Of a stretch of 64,000 bases of DNA, positions 26,735 to 37,117 are shown piece after piece. A model generated the notes under the pieces. It did not search any database. It was not told where the DNA came from and saw only the letters and a list, made by a program, of their open reading frames with translations. The position numbers and the translations under genes are program-made. Source of the DNA: an uncultured Gemmatimonadales bacterium (lineage in GTDB: Bacteria > Gemmatimonadota > Gemmatimonadetes > Gemmatimonadales > GWC2-71-9); contig CAVVKJ010000009.1 in assembly GCA_963748815.1 (NCBI GenBank), forward strand, positions 100,004 to 164,003. Reading direction: 5' to 3'. How positions within the stretch are numbered: the stretch's first letter is position 1; each line of letters opens with the position of its first letter.

Positions 26735-27128
26735 ATGGCAACCAAGAAGAAGAAGGCAGCGAAGAAGCCGGCGAAGAAGGCCGCCAAGAAGGCGGTCAAG
26801 AAGTCCGCCAAGAAGAAGACCGTCAAGAAGGCCGCCAAGAAGAAGGCCCCGAAGAAGAAAAAGACGGCCTCCAAGCGTAAGCCGTCGGCGGCGTTCATGA
26901 AGCCGATGAAGATTTCCCCCGCGCTCGCGGCGGTCATCGGCGCCGGTCCGTATCCGCGCACCGAAGTCACCAAGCGGCTCTGGGCGTACATCAAGAAGAA
27001 CAAGCTCCAGGACAGCCAAGAACAAGCGCGACATCAACGCCGATGCCAACCTCAAGGCGGTCTTCGGTGGACGCGGCAAGGTCAACATGTTCGAGATGAC
27101 CAAGCTCGTCAGCAAGCACCTTTCGTAG
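26735..27128 (+). CDS. SWIB/MDM2 domain protein with histone H1-like Lys/Ala-rich N-terminus (one +1 frameshift near 27015)
   Basis: MATKKKKAAKKPAKKAAKK..., then FMKPMKISPALAAVIG..PRTEVTKRLWAYIKKNKLQD; the next frame gives KNKRDINADANLKAVFGG..VNMFEMTKLVSKHLS*. Confidence 0.88.
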
Positions 27129-27157
27129 TTCCCGATATCCCCCGCAGGGACCGGACG

Positions 27158-27190
27158 AAGGGCACGCCCGCTGGCGTGCCCTTTCGGTTT
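27158..27190 (+). terminator. Intrinsic terminator
   Basis: Stem aagggcacgcc/ggcgtgccctt followed by tcggttt. Confidence 0.7.
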
Positions 27191-27236
27191 CCTCCCCCTT
27201 CCAGCACCCGCGGGCGCCCGCTATACTCCCGCCCCT

Positions 27237-28916
27237 ATGGCAAATCCACAGTACATCTACACGATGGTCAACCTCGGCAAGGTCGTCCCCCCCAAGCGGG
27301 AAGTCCTGAAGGGGATCTACCTCTCGTTCTTCCCCGGCGCCAAGATCGGCGTCCTCGGCTCCAACGGCGCGGGCAAGAGTTCATTGCTGCGGATCATGGC
27401 GGGGGTGGACCAGGATTTCATCGGCGAGGCGCGCGCCGCCGAAGGCACCCGCATCGGGTTCCTGCCGCAGGAGCCGGTGCTCGATCCCGACAAGGACGTC
27501 CGGGGCAACGTGGAGGAGGCGGTGCGCGCGCAGCGCGCCCTCCTCACGGAGTTCGAGGCGGTCTCCGCCCGCTTCGCGGAACCGATGACCGACGACGAGA
27601 TGACGAAGCTCCTCGAACACCAGGGCAACCTGCAGGAGCGGATCGAGGCCCAGAACCTCTGGGATCTCGACCGCACCATCGACATCGCGATGGACGCGTT
27701 GCGGCTGCCCCCCGGCGACGCATCGGTGGCGACGCTCTCCGGCGGCGAGAAGCGCCGGGTCGCCCTCTGCCGCGTCCTCCTCGAGCAGCCCGACATGCTC
27801 CTGCTCGACGAGCCGACCAACCACCTCGACGCCGAGTCGGTCGCGTGGCTCGAGCGGCACCTCGCGGAGTTCCCCGGCACCGTGGTGGCGGTCACCCACG
27901 ACCGGTACTTCCTCGACAACGTCGCGGGCTGGATCCTCGAGCTGGACCGGGGCCAGGGCATCCCGTGGAAGGGCAACTACTCCTCCTGGCTCGAGCAGAA
28001 GCAGGCCCGGCTCGCCACCGAGGAAAAGCAGGCGTCCGCCCGCCAGCGGACCCTGCAGCGCGAGCTCGAGTGGGTGCAGATGTCGCCCCGCGCGCGCCAG
28101 GCCAAGAGCAAGGCCCGCGTCGCCCGATACGAGGAAATGCTCGCCGAGGGAGATCGGGTGCGGGAAGGATCCGCGGAAATCCTGATTCCGCGGCCGCCGC
28201 GGCTGGGCGACGAGGTGGTCATCGCCAAGGGGCTGGCCAAGGGGTACGGCGACCGCCTCCTCTTCGAGAACCTGGACTTCTCCCTGCCGCGCGGCGGGAT
28301 CGTCGGGGTCATCGGCGCGAATGGCGCCGGCAAGACCACCCTCTTCCGGATGGTCGCGCAGCAGGAGCAGCCGGACGCCGGCACCCTGACCATTGGATCG
28401 ACCGTCAAGGCGTCGTACGTCGACCAGAGCCGGGAGGCGCTCGACCCCGCGAAGACGGTCTACGAGGAAATCAGCGACGGCGCCGACGTGCTCGACTTCG
28501 GCGGCCGCGAGGTGAACGCCCGCGCCTACTGCGCCGGGTTCAATTTCCGCGGCACCGACCAGCAGAAGAAAGTCGGCATCCTCTCCGGCGGGGAGCGGAA
28601 CCGGCTCCACCTGGCCAAACTGCTGAAGACCGGCGGCAACCTGCTGCTGCTCGACGAACCGACCAACGACCTCGACGTGGACACCCTGCGCGCCCTGGAA
28701 GACGCGCTGGTCGCCTTCGCGGGGTGCGCCGTCGTCATCAGCCACGACCGGTGGTTCCTCGACCGGATCGCCACCCACATCCTCGCCTTCGAGGGGGACA
28801 GCCAGGTGATGTGGTTCGAGGGGAATTTCCAGGAGTACTCCGCGGACTTCCACCGCCGGAAGGGCACCTCGGCGGACCAGCCGCACCGGATCAAGTACAA
28901 GAAGCTCGTGCACTGA
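27237..28916 (+). CDS. ettA: Energy-dependent translational throttle protein EttA (ABC-F)
   Basis: [20 protein letters not shown], two ABC domains, [14 protein letters not shown]-terminal PHRIKYKKL; 559 aa. Confidence 0.95.
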   Translation: MANPQYIYTMVNLGKVVPPKREVLKGIYLSFFPGAKIGVLGSNGAGKSSLLRIMAGVDQDFIGEARAAEGTRIGFLPQEPVLDPDKDVRGNVEEAVRAQRALLTEFEAVSARFAEPMTDDEMTKLLEHQGNLQERIEAQNLWDLDRTIDIAMDALRLPPGDASVATLSGGEKRRVALCRVLLEQPDMLLLDEPTNHLDAESVAWLERHLAEFPGTVVAVTHDRYFLDNVAGWILELDRGQGIPWKGNYSSWLEQKQARLATEEKQASARQRTLQRELEWVQMSPRARQAKSKARVARYEEMLAEGDRVREGSAEILIPRPPRLGDEVVIAKGLAKGYGDRLLFENLDFSLPRGGIVGVIGANGAGKTTLFRMVAQQEQPDAGTLTIGSTVKASYVDQSREALDPAKTVYEEISDGADVLDFGGREVNARAYCAGFNFRGTDQQKKVGILSGGERNRLHLAKLLKTGGNLLLLDEPTNDLDVDTLRALEDALVAFAGCAVVISHDRWFLDRIATHILAFEGDSQVMWFEGNFQEYSADFHRRKGTSADQPHRIKYKKLVH

Positions 28917-28920
28917 CCGC

Positions 28921-29377
28921 GTGCGCTTGACCCACGACCTCCTGCTGGTGCACGCGACGATGACCCTCGTTCTCGCCGGGGTCATGTGGACCCTCCAGCT
29001 CACGATCATCCCCGTGCTCGCGCGGGATACCGCCGAGACCTGGCCGCATCATGCGCAGCTGTACCGCCGCATCTTCCGGATGCTCTTCTGGCCGCTCGTG
29101 GTGATCGAAGGGGGCAAGCGGTGTCGCTGTCGCGCTCCTGCAGCCGGCGGGCATTCCCCCGTGGCTGCACGGCATCAACCTCGGCCTGCTGCTCTGCGCG
29201 TGGATCACCGTGCCCGTCACCCGGTACGTCGTCGGGCACGGGCCCGTGGCCCGGTACCATCCCGAGGGCTTCGGCAAGTTTGCGCGGCTGAACTGGATCC
29301 GGGTGACGGTGTGGACCGGCCGGTCCATCGTCGTACTGGCGATGCTGCACCTGGCCGCCCTCGAGCGGAGTTCCTGA
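28921..29377 (+). CDS. Membrane protein, hypothetical (+1 frameshift in the G run at about 29110)
   Basis: AGVMWTLQL..PLVVIEG continues in the next frame as SGVAVALL...LNWIRVTVWTGR...* (TGA 29375-29377). Confidence 0.65.
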
Positions 29378-29509
29378 GGCGAGCGGCATTCGCCCTCGCG
29401 GGGTTGCGGCGATCGGTACCAGACCACATAGTGGGAGTCGGCTCAAGGGATCGAGCCAGCGACCCGATCCGTGAGCCTGTTTGGAGTCCCCCTCTCCAAG
29501 GAGGTCCCG

Positions 29510-30308
29510 ATGCGCCATCTCCCCCGCCGGCATCGCCCGCCCGCCTGTTCCTGTGCTCACTCGCCGTCTCCGCCACGCTCCTGGCCGGCTGCAGCGATGA
29601 CAACGGCGACAACAACGGCGGCGGACCCGCAGCTTCGACCGACTACGTCGGGCCTCATCGCCAGCGACCGACGGGCAGACCGGACCGCTCAACATTACGT
29701 TCGCCAGCCCGGTGGCCTCTCGCCCGCGCCCGATGGCCGGCGCGGGGCCGTCGGCGTCAGCAGCGCGCGCGGTCAACGCGACCGGCACCATGAGCCTCGG
29801 CGGCGGCCCGGTGATCAACCTCACCGGCGACCTGATCGACGACGATTTCCTGGACGATGTCCGGGAGGCGGATATGACCTGTTCGGCGACCTCGAACAAC
29901 GGGTTCATCGTCGGCGGATTCAGCAACGCCGGCATCGTCCTCGTCGAAGGAGTCGTTCGTGGCGGCCAGCAGCAGCTCCGGGTCCCCGGCACTACGCGTT
30001 CTGCGGCACGTTCGAGGGCGAGGACGTCGGCGATCCGCCCACGCCCAACTCGGGCAGCTTCAACCTGGTGGTCGCCGGCGGCATCGCGGCCGGTTTGGCC
30101 GTGGATGACGAGGGAAACGCGATCCCGATCCAGGGCACGTCGACGTCGTCGTCGATTTCGATCAACCAGAACGATCCCGGACTCGGGCGGCAACCTGACC
30201 GCCACGGGCACCTACAACAGGCACGTCGATGCAGGGCGGAGCATTTAGCGTGACGGTGTGGCGGCATTCGCGATCCTCCACCTGGTGGCACTCGCGCGCA
30301 CGGTCTAG
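29510..30308 (+). pseudogene. Lipoprotein paralog of 33254-34048, interrupted by many single-base frameshifts (pseudogene or consensus errors)
   Basis: AAGGAGG RBS. Fragments LLAGCSDDN, YVG, DGQTGPLNITFASPV, VNATGT.SLGG, AFCG.FEG.D and GSF..V.AG match the intact paralog but lie in alternating frames. The end is approximate. Confidence 0.75.
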
Positions 30309-33108
30309 CGCGCGAGAGGCTGTCCACCGCCGCCCGGACCCTCGCCACCTGCGCGGCGAGCGCCGGATCGGGATCGTCCCGCAGCACCAGCAGGTGCCGC
30401 CAGGCGCGGAGCGCCCTCGGCCCGTCCCCCTCCAACAGGGCCAGCCGCCCCTCGTGGTACAGATATCCCGCCAGCGAGTTTGGCCCGTACACCGGATCAA
30501 GCGGGCGGCGAGCCAGCATGGCGAGCGCGCCCGGGCGGTCGCCGAGCGCTTCGTGACACCGTGAGAGGACGAGCGGAGTCGCCCCGACCTGATTTGCGCC
30601 CGCGAGCCAGTCCGCCAGCGAATCGGCGCGCCGCAGGCGGGCGAGGGCGTCGGGAGCGCCAAGCCGCGCCGCGGCAAGGCAGCCGTACGCGGCAAAGTTG
30701 AGATCGTCCGGCCAGCGATCAAGCGAGGCGAGATAGGCCCGCGCCCCGGCGGAATCGACCAAACCACCCTGCCACAGTTGCCAGAACGCCAGCTCCGTGC
30801 GCGCGCGGGTCGTGGTATCGCGCCCCGTTGTCACGGCGCGCCGAAGCGCTTCCATCTGCGGTTGCACCGCCTCGTCGGCCGCGTAGTAGACCGGTGCGGC
30901 CATCAATGGTGGCAACCCCGCGGCCGCCATCGCCTGCGCCATCTGCGATGGCCGCCCGCGATTGCCGGCCTGCGACACGCTCAGCGAGAGGAGGTACGCT
31001 GCGTCCGCGCTCGTACTGATACGACGCCGGAGGATGGACAGCGCCCGGACGGGGTCGCTCATGCCGGTCGCGTCGAGTTGCCCCCAACCGACGATGCGAA
31101 AGAGGGCAAAGGAGCTCATCGTGTCGAGCCCCGCCCGGATCTGTCGGAGGCCGGAATCGTCGCGCAACGCGATGGCGGCCCGCCACCGAAGAAATTCCAG
31201 CGCATCGTTGGGGGCCTGCCCGCGCTCCGCCAACGGCAAAAGGCGCCCCACGAGCGTGGTATCACCTTCCCGCGCCGCCATCTCGATCCGGTGCAGCAGC
31301 GCGGGCACCGAGGCGGAATCCAGCGCGAGCGCCCGGTCGAAGGCGTTGCGCGCCCGGTCCTGTGCGCCGGCGATCCCGACGACGTCCCCAGAGTGGAAGA
31401 GCACGTCTCCCAACCCAAACCAGGTGCGTGAACGGTCAGGCGCCCAGCGGATCGCCGCCTCCCAGTCCTCCACCTGCTCCCGCACCGGCGTGAGCACCGG
31501 CCAGCGGCGCCCGACCAGCGCCGTCAGGATCGCGCGGTCCCGGACGCCCAGCCGCTCCCGCAGGCCCCACGCCCGCTGCTTGGCCGCGCCGTGCGGATCC
31601 TCACCGGCCCAGTCCAGCGCCTCCGCGTGGTCACGGGCCGCCAGGGCGAACGTTGAGTCAAGTTCGAGGGCCCGGGCAAGCGCCGCCGTCGCATCGGTCA
31701 CCCGCCCGTCGCGCATCGCCTCCCGCCCATCGAGGTAGGCCCGCAAGGCCGGAAGGGGAATCGCGGCGAGCGACGGGGCGTCGGCGTCGCCCTCGCTTGC
31801 GAGCGTGGTGAGGAGTTCCGCCACCATCCGATCCACCATCCACGGCAGGCTGTCCAATGGCCCGCTCACCTGCGGCAACTGCACGCTGACGCCGCTGGTC
31901 GTGCGGATGACGACGGGCGCCAGCACGAGTCGGGCGCCTTCGCGAAGCAGGGTCCCGGTCAGGACCACGCCAGCGCCTGTCTCCCGCGCCGCGGCCAGGA
32001 AGGACCCTGTGGCCGATGTCGTGTCGTCCGTCCTCGCGTGCGCGACCGCGCGAAGCGCCACATCCGGATCCACCGGACGCGGGGACGATGCGCCGGAGAG
32101 CCGCGCGTTGGTCAAGTCCACGAGTCCGATGGAAAGCGCCGCGAGCATCGTATCCGACCCGCCCGTCCGGAACGGCGCGATCAGGAGCCGGGCGGGATCG
32201 GTCGCCGCCTCGTCCGGGGCCCGGCCGCGCCAGGTGGCCACCGCCGCCGCAAGCGCCAGCACGCACGCGCCGCCCGCGAGCAGCCACTGCCAGGACCGGA
32301 TCGGGGAGCCGGCCGGGCGCCCTGGCTCGGCGGCAGGGGGGCCCCACGGGCTGCCCCCAACGTCAGACGGCGGGACGCCGACGACGACCGGCGCGTCGGT
32401 GCGGATGGCCTGCCGAATCGCCACGGTCTCCGGAGCCGGAGCCACGTCATATTCGCGCCGAAGCCGCTCCTCGAACGCGGCATAGGCCTGCACCGCTCCC
32501 GCGGTGTCGCCGGCCCGGACCAGGACTTCGAGGAGCTTTCGAATGCCTGCCTCGTCCTCCGGCACGTGCTGCACCGCCCGCCGCGCCCAATGGGCGGCTG
32601 CTCCCGCCCTCCCTTCCAATTCAGCATCCCGCGAAAGCCCCCACGCACCCGTGGCGGCCCGACGCTGGATTTCCGCGCGCCTCGCCTCCAGCCACTCCTC
32701 GAACCCGGACGCATCCGACACGTACAGTCCCGGCGCCAGCTCTCCGGTCAGGAGGTCAAGGGCGGCCTCCCAACGACCGGTGGCGGCGGCCTCCTCGAAA
32801 TCAGCGATATCCGACCGAAACAGCCCGGCATCAAGCCCGACCTCGTCATCGCCGCGATTCACCAGGACGCCGTCCCCAAGTTCCCGACGGAGATGGAAGA
32901 GCGCCTGCCGGAGCGCGTTTCGCGCACCCGCCGTATCGAGCTCCGGCCAGAACAAGGCCAGGAGGGTGTCACGCCTGAGAAAGGTCCCGGGGCGTTCGGA
33001 CGCCAGGCGCAGCAGCAGCGCCAGGCGTTTGGGCTGGGTGAGGATGCCACGCAATTCGCCGTCGGCTCCGCGCAGGTCGATGTTGCCGAAGGACTTGAGC
33101 CGGATCAT
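29992..33108 (-). CDS. SARP-family (wHTH + BTAD) transmembrane transcriptional regulator with TPR-rich C-terminus
   Basis: QPKRLALL, RRDTLLALFWPE, ARNALRQALFHLRR, FEEWLE, EYDVAPAPET, a TM segment, then TPR repeats (ALELDSTFALA). The true stop is probably TAG at 30305-30307; the last ~100 aa look like frameshift run-on. Confidence 0.85.
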   Translation of the reverse strand: MIRLKSFGNIDLRGADGELRGILTQPKRLALLLRLASERPGTFLRRDTLLALFWPELDTAGARNALRQALFHLRRELGDGVLVNRGDDEVGLDAGLFRSDIADFEEAAATGRWEAALDLLTGELAPGLYVSDASGFEEWLEARRAEIQRRAATGAWGLSRDAELEGRAGAAAHWARRAVQHVPEDEAGIRKLLEVLVRAGDTAGAVQAYAAFEERLRREYDVAPAPETVAIRQAIRTDAPVVVGVPPSDVGGSPWGPPAAEPGRPAGSPIRSWQWLLAGGACVLALAAAVATWRGRAPDEAATDPARLLIAPFRTGGSDTMLAALSIGLVDLTNARLSGASSPRPVDPDVALRAVAHARTDDTTSATGSFLAAARETGAGVVLTGTLLREGARLVLAPVVIRTTSGVSVQLPQVSGPLDSLPWMVDRMVAELLTTLASEGDADAPSLAAIPLPALRAYLDGREAMRDGRVTDATAALARALELDSTFALAARDHAEALDWAGEDPHGAAKQRAWGLRERLGVRDRAILTALVGRRWPVLTPVREQVEDWEAAIRWAPDRSRTWFGLGDVLFHSGDVVGIAGAQDRARNAFDRALALDSASVPALLHRIEMAAREGDTTLVGRLLPLAERGQAPNDALEFLRWRAAIALRDDSGLRQIRAGLDTMSSFALFRIVGWGQLDATGMSDPVRALSILRRRISTSADAAYLLSLSVSQAGNRGRPSQMAQAMAAAGLPPLMAAPVYYAADEAVQPQMEALRRAVTTGRDTTTRARTELAFWQLWQGGLVDSAGARAYLASLDRWPDDLNFAAYGCLAAARLGAPDALARLRRADSLADWLAGANQVGATPLVLSRCHEALGDRPGALAMLARRPLDPVYGPNSLAGYLYHEGRLALLEGDGPRALRAWRHLLVLRDDPDPALAAQVARVRAAVDSLSRARPCARVPPGGGSRMPPHRHAKCSALHRRACCRCPWRSGCRPSPGSFWLIEIDDDVDVPWIGIAFPSSSTAKPAAMPPATTRLKLPELGVGGSPTSSPSNVPQNA

Positions 33109-33253
33109 GCGAGCACCGAGACGGTGTCAGGGGGGCGTTACGGGTTGGATAACGTGGAAGTAACCGGCCAAGCCGACATTCGTCAATCGCCCGGCGTCCG
33201 GGCGGCCGTATGGCCGCTTGGACCCACATTTCCCTCCCGCCCAGGAGCAGTCC

Positions 33254-34048
33254 ATGTACAACAGCTTCGTCACCCGCCAGCACAACTACCGTCGGCTTGC
33301 CGCGGCCGCGTTTCTGCTCCTCGGGGCCGTGGTGTCCGGCTGCAGCGATGACAACAATGACGACGGGGGCGACAACAACCTTCCCGCTGCCAGCGCCTAC
33401 GTTGGGTTCGTCGCCAGCACCGATGGGCAAACCGGACCGTTGAACATCACGTTCGCGAGCCCGGTCTCCGCCCCGCCTGTGGTCCCTGGTGGAGTTACCG
33501 GCCCCAGCCTCTCGAGCGGCGCGCCGGTCAACGCCACCGGCACCGTGAGCCTCGGCGGCGCCCCCGTCGCCATCAGCGGCACGCTGGACGGCGGCACGCT
33601 CAACATGTCGGGCGGCGGCTGGACGTTGACCGGGTCGCTCCTGAACGGCATGCTGGTGGGGACCTTCACCGCGCCGGGCGGGGTGACAGGGTCGCTCTCG
33701 GCGGTCGCCTCCGCGTCCGGCTCCCCGGCCAAGGCGTTCTGCGGCTACTTCGAGGGCTCCGACCTGACCATCGATCCGCCGGAGGCCGTCTACGGCAGCT
33801 TCAGCGTCGTGATTGCGGGAGACGTGGTGCTCGGCACCGCAGTGAGCGAGGGGGGCAACGTGATCGACTTCTCCGGCACGGCAACCGCAACGTCGTTCAC
33901 GATCACCAAGACCACCACGGAAGGCACGCTGAGCGCCTCGGGCACCTACGATGCCGACGGCACCGAGGGGACCTGGAACACCAAAGTGGGCAGCGTCACG
34001 GTGCAGACCGGCGGGTTCGTCGGCTATCCTGACTGCACGCCCCTCTGA
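33254..34048 (+). CDS. Beta-rich Gly/Ser/Thr lipoprotein, hypothetical
   Basis: AGGAG RBS, lipobox VSGC, acidic linker, beta-strand-like body with two further Cys. Confidence 0.8.
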   Translation: MYNSFVTRQHNYRRLAAAAFLLLGAVVSGCSDDNNDDGGDNNLPAASAYVGFVASTDGQTGPLNITFASPVSAPPVVPGGVTGPSLSSGAPVNATGTVSLGGAPVAISGTLDGGTLNMSGGGWTLTGSLLNGMLVGTFTAPGGVTGSLSAVASASGSPAKAFCGYFEGSDLTIDPPEAVYGSFSVVIAGDVVLGTAVSEGGNVIDFSGTATATSFTITKTTTEGTLSASGTYDADGTEGTWNTKVGSVTVQTGGFVGYPDCTPL

Positions 34049-34070
34049 TCCATCCATACCCAGCACGCAG

Positions 34071-34108
34071 CGACCCCCCGGGAATCTTCCCCGGGGGGTC
34101 GTCGTTTT
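34071..34108 (+). terminator. Intrinsic terminator
   Basis: Stem cgaccccccggg/cccggggggtcg followed by tcgtttt. Confidence 0.8.
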
Positions 34109-34155
34109 CCTGCCCCGCTGCCCCCCGTCACCCCGGCGAAAGCCGGGGCCCGCCC

Positions 34156-36117
34156 CTACGGGGTCGGGCTACTCTTCGGCTCCAGCTTGAGAATCCAGAG
34201 CCCGGTGTTGATGTCGGGTACGTAGATGATGCCGTCCTTCACCACGGCGCCCCACGCGAAGGTGGCGCGCGGCTTGGCCCCCTTGTCGTCGGCCGTGTAG
34301 GTCCACGCCATCTCCCGCCCCTGGCGGAGCAGGTCGCCCTTCAGCTCCCCGGAAATGTCCACCGCGCGTGCGCCCCCCTGGTAATTGCCCATGTAGAGCG
34401 TGTCGCCCGCCGCCCAGATGTTGTGGACGCCGCCGTCCGTCGGCTCGTACCAGGCCACGAGTTTCGGCTTCTCGAGGTTGGAGACATCCAGCACCTGCAG
34501 GCGGCCGAAGGTCAGGTCGTTGCCGTCCTTGAGGCCGGTGGAGGGCTTGCTCGCGTACACCTCGTCGCCGATGAACACGTACTTGCCCTGCCGCCAGGCG
34601 GTGTGGGTCCCGCGCGCGCTCAATCCCCAGTACTCGTCGACCCGGGCGTACAGGGCGTCGAGGTCGTACTTGAACTGGGAGATGAACTTCGGATTCTCCG
34701 GGCTGCCACCCTTCACGCCGTTCCCCACGTCGAGGACCACCAGTCCGTCGTCCCAGTAGCTCAAGTAGGCGATGCCATCAGTGACGGCGATGTCGTGCAG
34801 GTATCGCCCCTGGGTGACCTGCTCCGTCTGCCACCGGGCCACTTCACGCGGCTGGAGCGGATCCCGGATGTCGATGACGCGCATCGAACCGGTGGCGTCG
34901 TCGGTCAGGTAGACATGCCCCTGGTACACGTAGGAGCTGTGCACCCCGCCGGACACCGTTTCGGTGTACTGCGCGATCGGCTTCGGGTGGCAGGCGTCGC
35001 TGGCGTCGAAAATGACGATGCCGTCCTTGCGGTTCGACGAACCCTCTCGTGAGAACACGCCATACTTGCCGTCCTCCGTCGTCATTACGTCGTTGACGAG
35101 CCGGGCGTCGGTCATCATCGAGTCGACGACGGTCGGCGCCCGCGGATCGGACACGTCGATCGCGTACACCCGATCGGAAATCGTCGTCAGGTAGGCGCAC
35201 TTCCCCGCCGGATGCACCCAGACCTCCGCCGCGCGTTCCGACACCGGCACCCGCCCCAGCACCTCGAAGCCACGCCCCACCTTGCGCGCGCCCACCGTCA
35301 CCAGCGCGTCCGCCGTCCTCCCGCCGATCTCGGCGGTCACCGTGTAGCTGCCCGGCGTCTCCGCCACGAACGACCCATCCGCGCCGATCATCGCCACGCC
35401 CTGCCCTCCCGCCACGCTCCACCGCGTCGCCACACCCGTCAGCAGCTTCCCGTTCCCCTGCACCGCCGTCGCCGAAAAGGCCACCACGTCGCCGGTGCGG
35501 ACCGACGTCAGCGCCGGCACCAGCTCGAGGGCGGTCACGCTGTTGGCCAGGACCTCGATCGGCAGCGTGGCCGACGCCGCCCCGGCCTTGGCCGTGATCA
35601 CCGCTCTCCCGGCCGCCAGCGCGCTCAGGCGGCCATCAGGGGTGATGGAGGCCACCTTCTTGTCGCTCGACGTGAAGCTGATCGCGTCCGAACGGCGGTC
35701 CCCCTGCGCGCTGAACGCCGCCGCCACCAGCGTCAGGCGAGTCCCCGCCACGATCCGGGCGGGGGCATCCACAAACTCGACCACGGCGGCGGGGGCCGGG
35801 ACGATGCGGACAGTGGCGTGCCCAAGGGCGTTCTTCGACCCCGGCAGCGAGGCGACCGCGGTCACCTGGGTGGTTCCGATGAACCCGCCGCTCAGAACAC
35901 CGGTGGAGTCGATGCTCCCGCCGTTCCCGGCGGCAAACCAGCGAATGCGGGCCGCGGTAACCGGCCGGCCGTCGCTGGCGAGCGCCCGCGCCTCCATCTG
36001 AAGCGTCTGGCCCACCTGGACCTCCGCGCTGGCGGGCGTCACCTCGATAGAGGCAATCGCCGGCGGGGCGGCCTGCTGGGGATCCTGGGCAAGCACGAGC
36101 AGCAGCGGGATGAGCAT
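34156..36117 (-). CDS. Secreted protein with Ig-like (Big_2) domains and LVIVD-repeat beta-propeller
   Basis: SIEVTPAS, FTSSDKKVASITPDG; repeats YAIDVSDP, IVIFDASD, MRVIDIRDP, LVVLDVG, LQVLDVSN. Confidence 0.8.
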   Translation of the reverse strand: MLIPLLLVLAQDPQQAAPPAIASIEVTPASAEVQVGQTLQMEARALASDGRPVTAARIRWFAAGNGGSIDSTGVLSGGFIGTTQVTAVASLPGSKNALGHATVRIVPAPAAVVEFVDAPARIVAGTRLTLVAAAFSAQGDRRSDAISFTSSDKKVASITPDGRLSALAAGRAVITAKAGAASATLPIEVLANSVTALELVPALTSVRTGDVVAFSATAVQGNGKLLTGVATRWSVAGGQGVAMIGADGSFVAETPGSYTVTAEIGGRTADALVTVGARKVGRGFEVLGRVPVSERAAEVWVHPAGKCAYLTTISDRVYAIDVSDPRAPTVVDSMMTDARLVNDVMTTEDGKYGVFSREGSSNRKDGIVIFDASDACHPKPIAQYTETVSGGVHSSYVYQGHVYLTDDATGSMRVIDIRDPLQPREVARWQTEQVTQGRYLHDIAVTDGIAYLSYWDDGLVVLDVGNGVKGGSPENPKFISQFKYDLDALYARVDEYWGLSARGTHTAWRQGKYVFIGDEVYASKPSTGLKDGNDLTFGRLQVLDVSNLEKPKLVAWYEPTDGGVHNIWAAGDTLYMGNYQGGARAVDISGELKGDLLRQGREMAWTYTADDKGAKPRATFAWGAVVKDGIIYVPDINTGLWILKLEPKSSPTP

Positions 36118-36220
36118 GGGGGAAACTCCACGAAGCAGAGGGGGACCGATGGGTGTGGCTGCCGGACGGCATCGACCGCCCGGAAGTTGCAGGTGGTGAT
36201 AATAGCCCTATTTTCCCGGC

Positions 36221-37117
36221 ATGCCCACAACCCCTCCCCCCGGCAACGTCCCGGTCGGCCTGGTCCAGATGCGATGCTCCCCCGACGCCGCCGACAATCT
36301 CGCGCGGGCGGTCGCCGGCATTCGCGCCGCGGCGTCGAAGGGCGCCCGGATCGTCTGCCTCCAGGAGCTCTTCCGCAGCGAGTACTTCTGCCAGACGGAG
36401 GACCACGCGCACTTTGCCCTCGCCGAGGCGATCCCGGGGCCAAGCACCACCGCGCTCTCGGCGGTGGCCGCGGAGCTGGGCGTCGTCCTCGTGGCCTCGC
36501 TCTTCGAGCGCCGGGCGGAGGGGCTCTACCACAACACCGCCGCGGTCATCGACGCCGACGGCGCCTACCTCGGCAAGTACCGGAAGATGCACATCCCGGA
36601 CGACCCGCAGTACTACGAGAAGTTCTACTTCGCCCCCGGCGACACCGGCTTCCGCATCTTCGACACGGCCGTGGGCCGGATCGGCGTGCTCATCTGCTGG
36701 GACCAGTGGTACCCGGAGGCGGCCCGCCTGACCGCCCTCCGCGGCGCGCAGATCCTCTTCTATCCGACTGCGATCGGCTGGCTGCCGCCCGAGAAGGCCG
36801 AATACGGCGCCGCGCAGAAGGACGCGTGGACCACCATGCAGCGCAGCCACGCGATCGCCAACGGCGTGTTCGTCGTCGCCGTCAACCGGGTGGGACACGA
36901 GGGGCTGACCGCGCCCAACGGGATCGACTTCTGGGGCGGGAGCTTCGTGGCCGACCCGTACGGATCGGTGCTCGCCCGCGCCGGCGAGGGGGAGGAGGTG
37001 CTGGTGGTCGAGTGCAACCTCGCGCTGACCGACGTGGCGCGCACCCACTGGCCGTTCCTGCGCGATCGCCGCATCGATGCCTACGGCGACCTCACCCAGC
37101 GGTACCTCGACGGGTGA
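36221..37117 (+). CDS. aguB: Carbon-nitrogen hydrolase, N-carbamoylputrescine amidase-like
   Basis: CLQELF, YRKMHIPDDP.YYEKFYF, ICWDQWYPE (E-K-C triad); adjacent to agmatine deiminase. Confidence 0.85.
   Translation: MPTTPPPGNVPVGLVQMRCSPDAADNLARAVAGIRAAASKGARIVCLQELFRSEYFCQTEDHAHFALAEAIPGPSTTALSAVAAELGVVLVASLFERRAEGLYHNTAAVIDADGAYLGKYRKMHIPDDPQYYEKFYFAPGDTGFRIFDTAVGRIGVLICWDQWYPEAARLTALRGAQILFYPTAIGWLPPEKAEYGAAQKDAWTTMQRSHAIANGVFVVAVNRVGHEGLTAPNGIDFWGGSFVADPYGSVLARAGEGEEVLVVECNLALTDVARTHWPFLRDRRIDAYGDLTQRYLDG

Noticed and set aside
25967..28930. 987-aa plus-strand ORF
   Set aside because: It is a chimera of antisense sequence, the SWIB N-half and an out-of-frame read of ettA caused by the +1 shift at about 27015.
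29992..30304. C-terminal ~100 aa of the SARP regulator as a real domain
   Set aside because: It reads as the antisense of the convergent lipoprotein in an indel-rich patch; an off-frame TAG at 30305-30307 follows the natural-looking end.
21237..34101. Similar hairpins CGACCCCCCGG..AATCT..CCG..GGGGTCG at 21239 and 34071 as a repeat family
   Set aside because: Both are adequately explained as GC-rich intrinsic terminators; two short copies are insufficient evidence.
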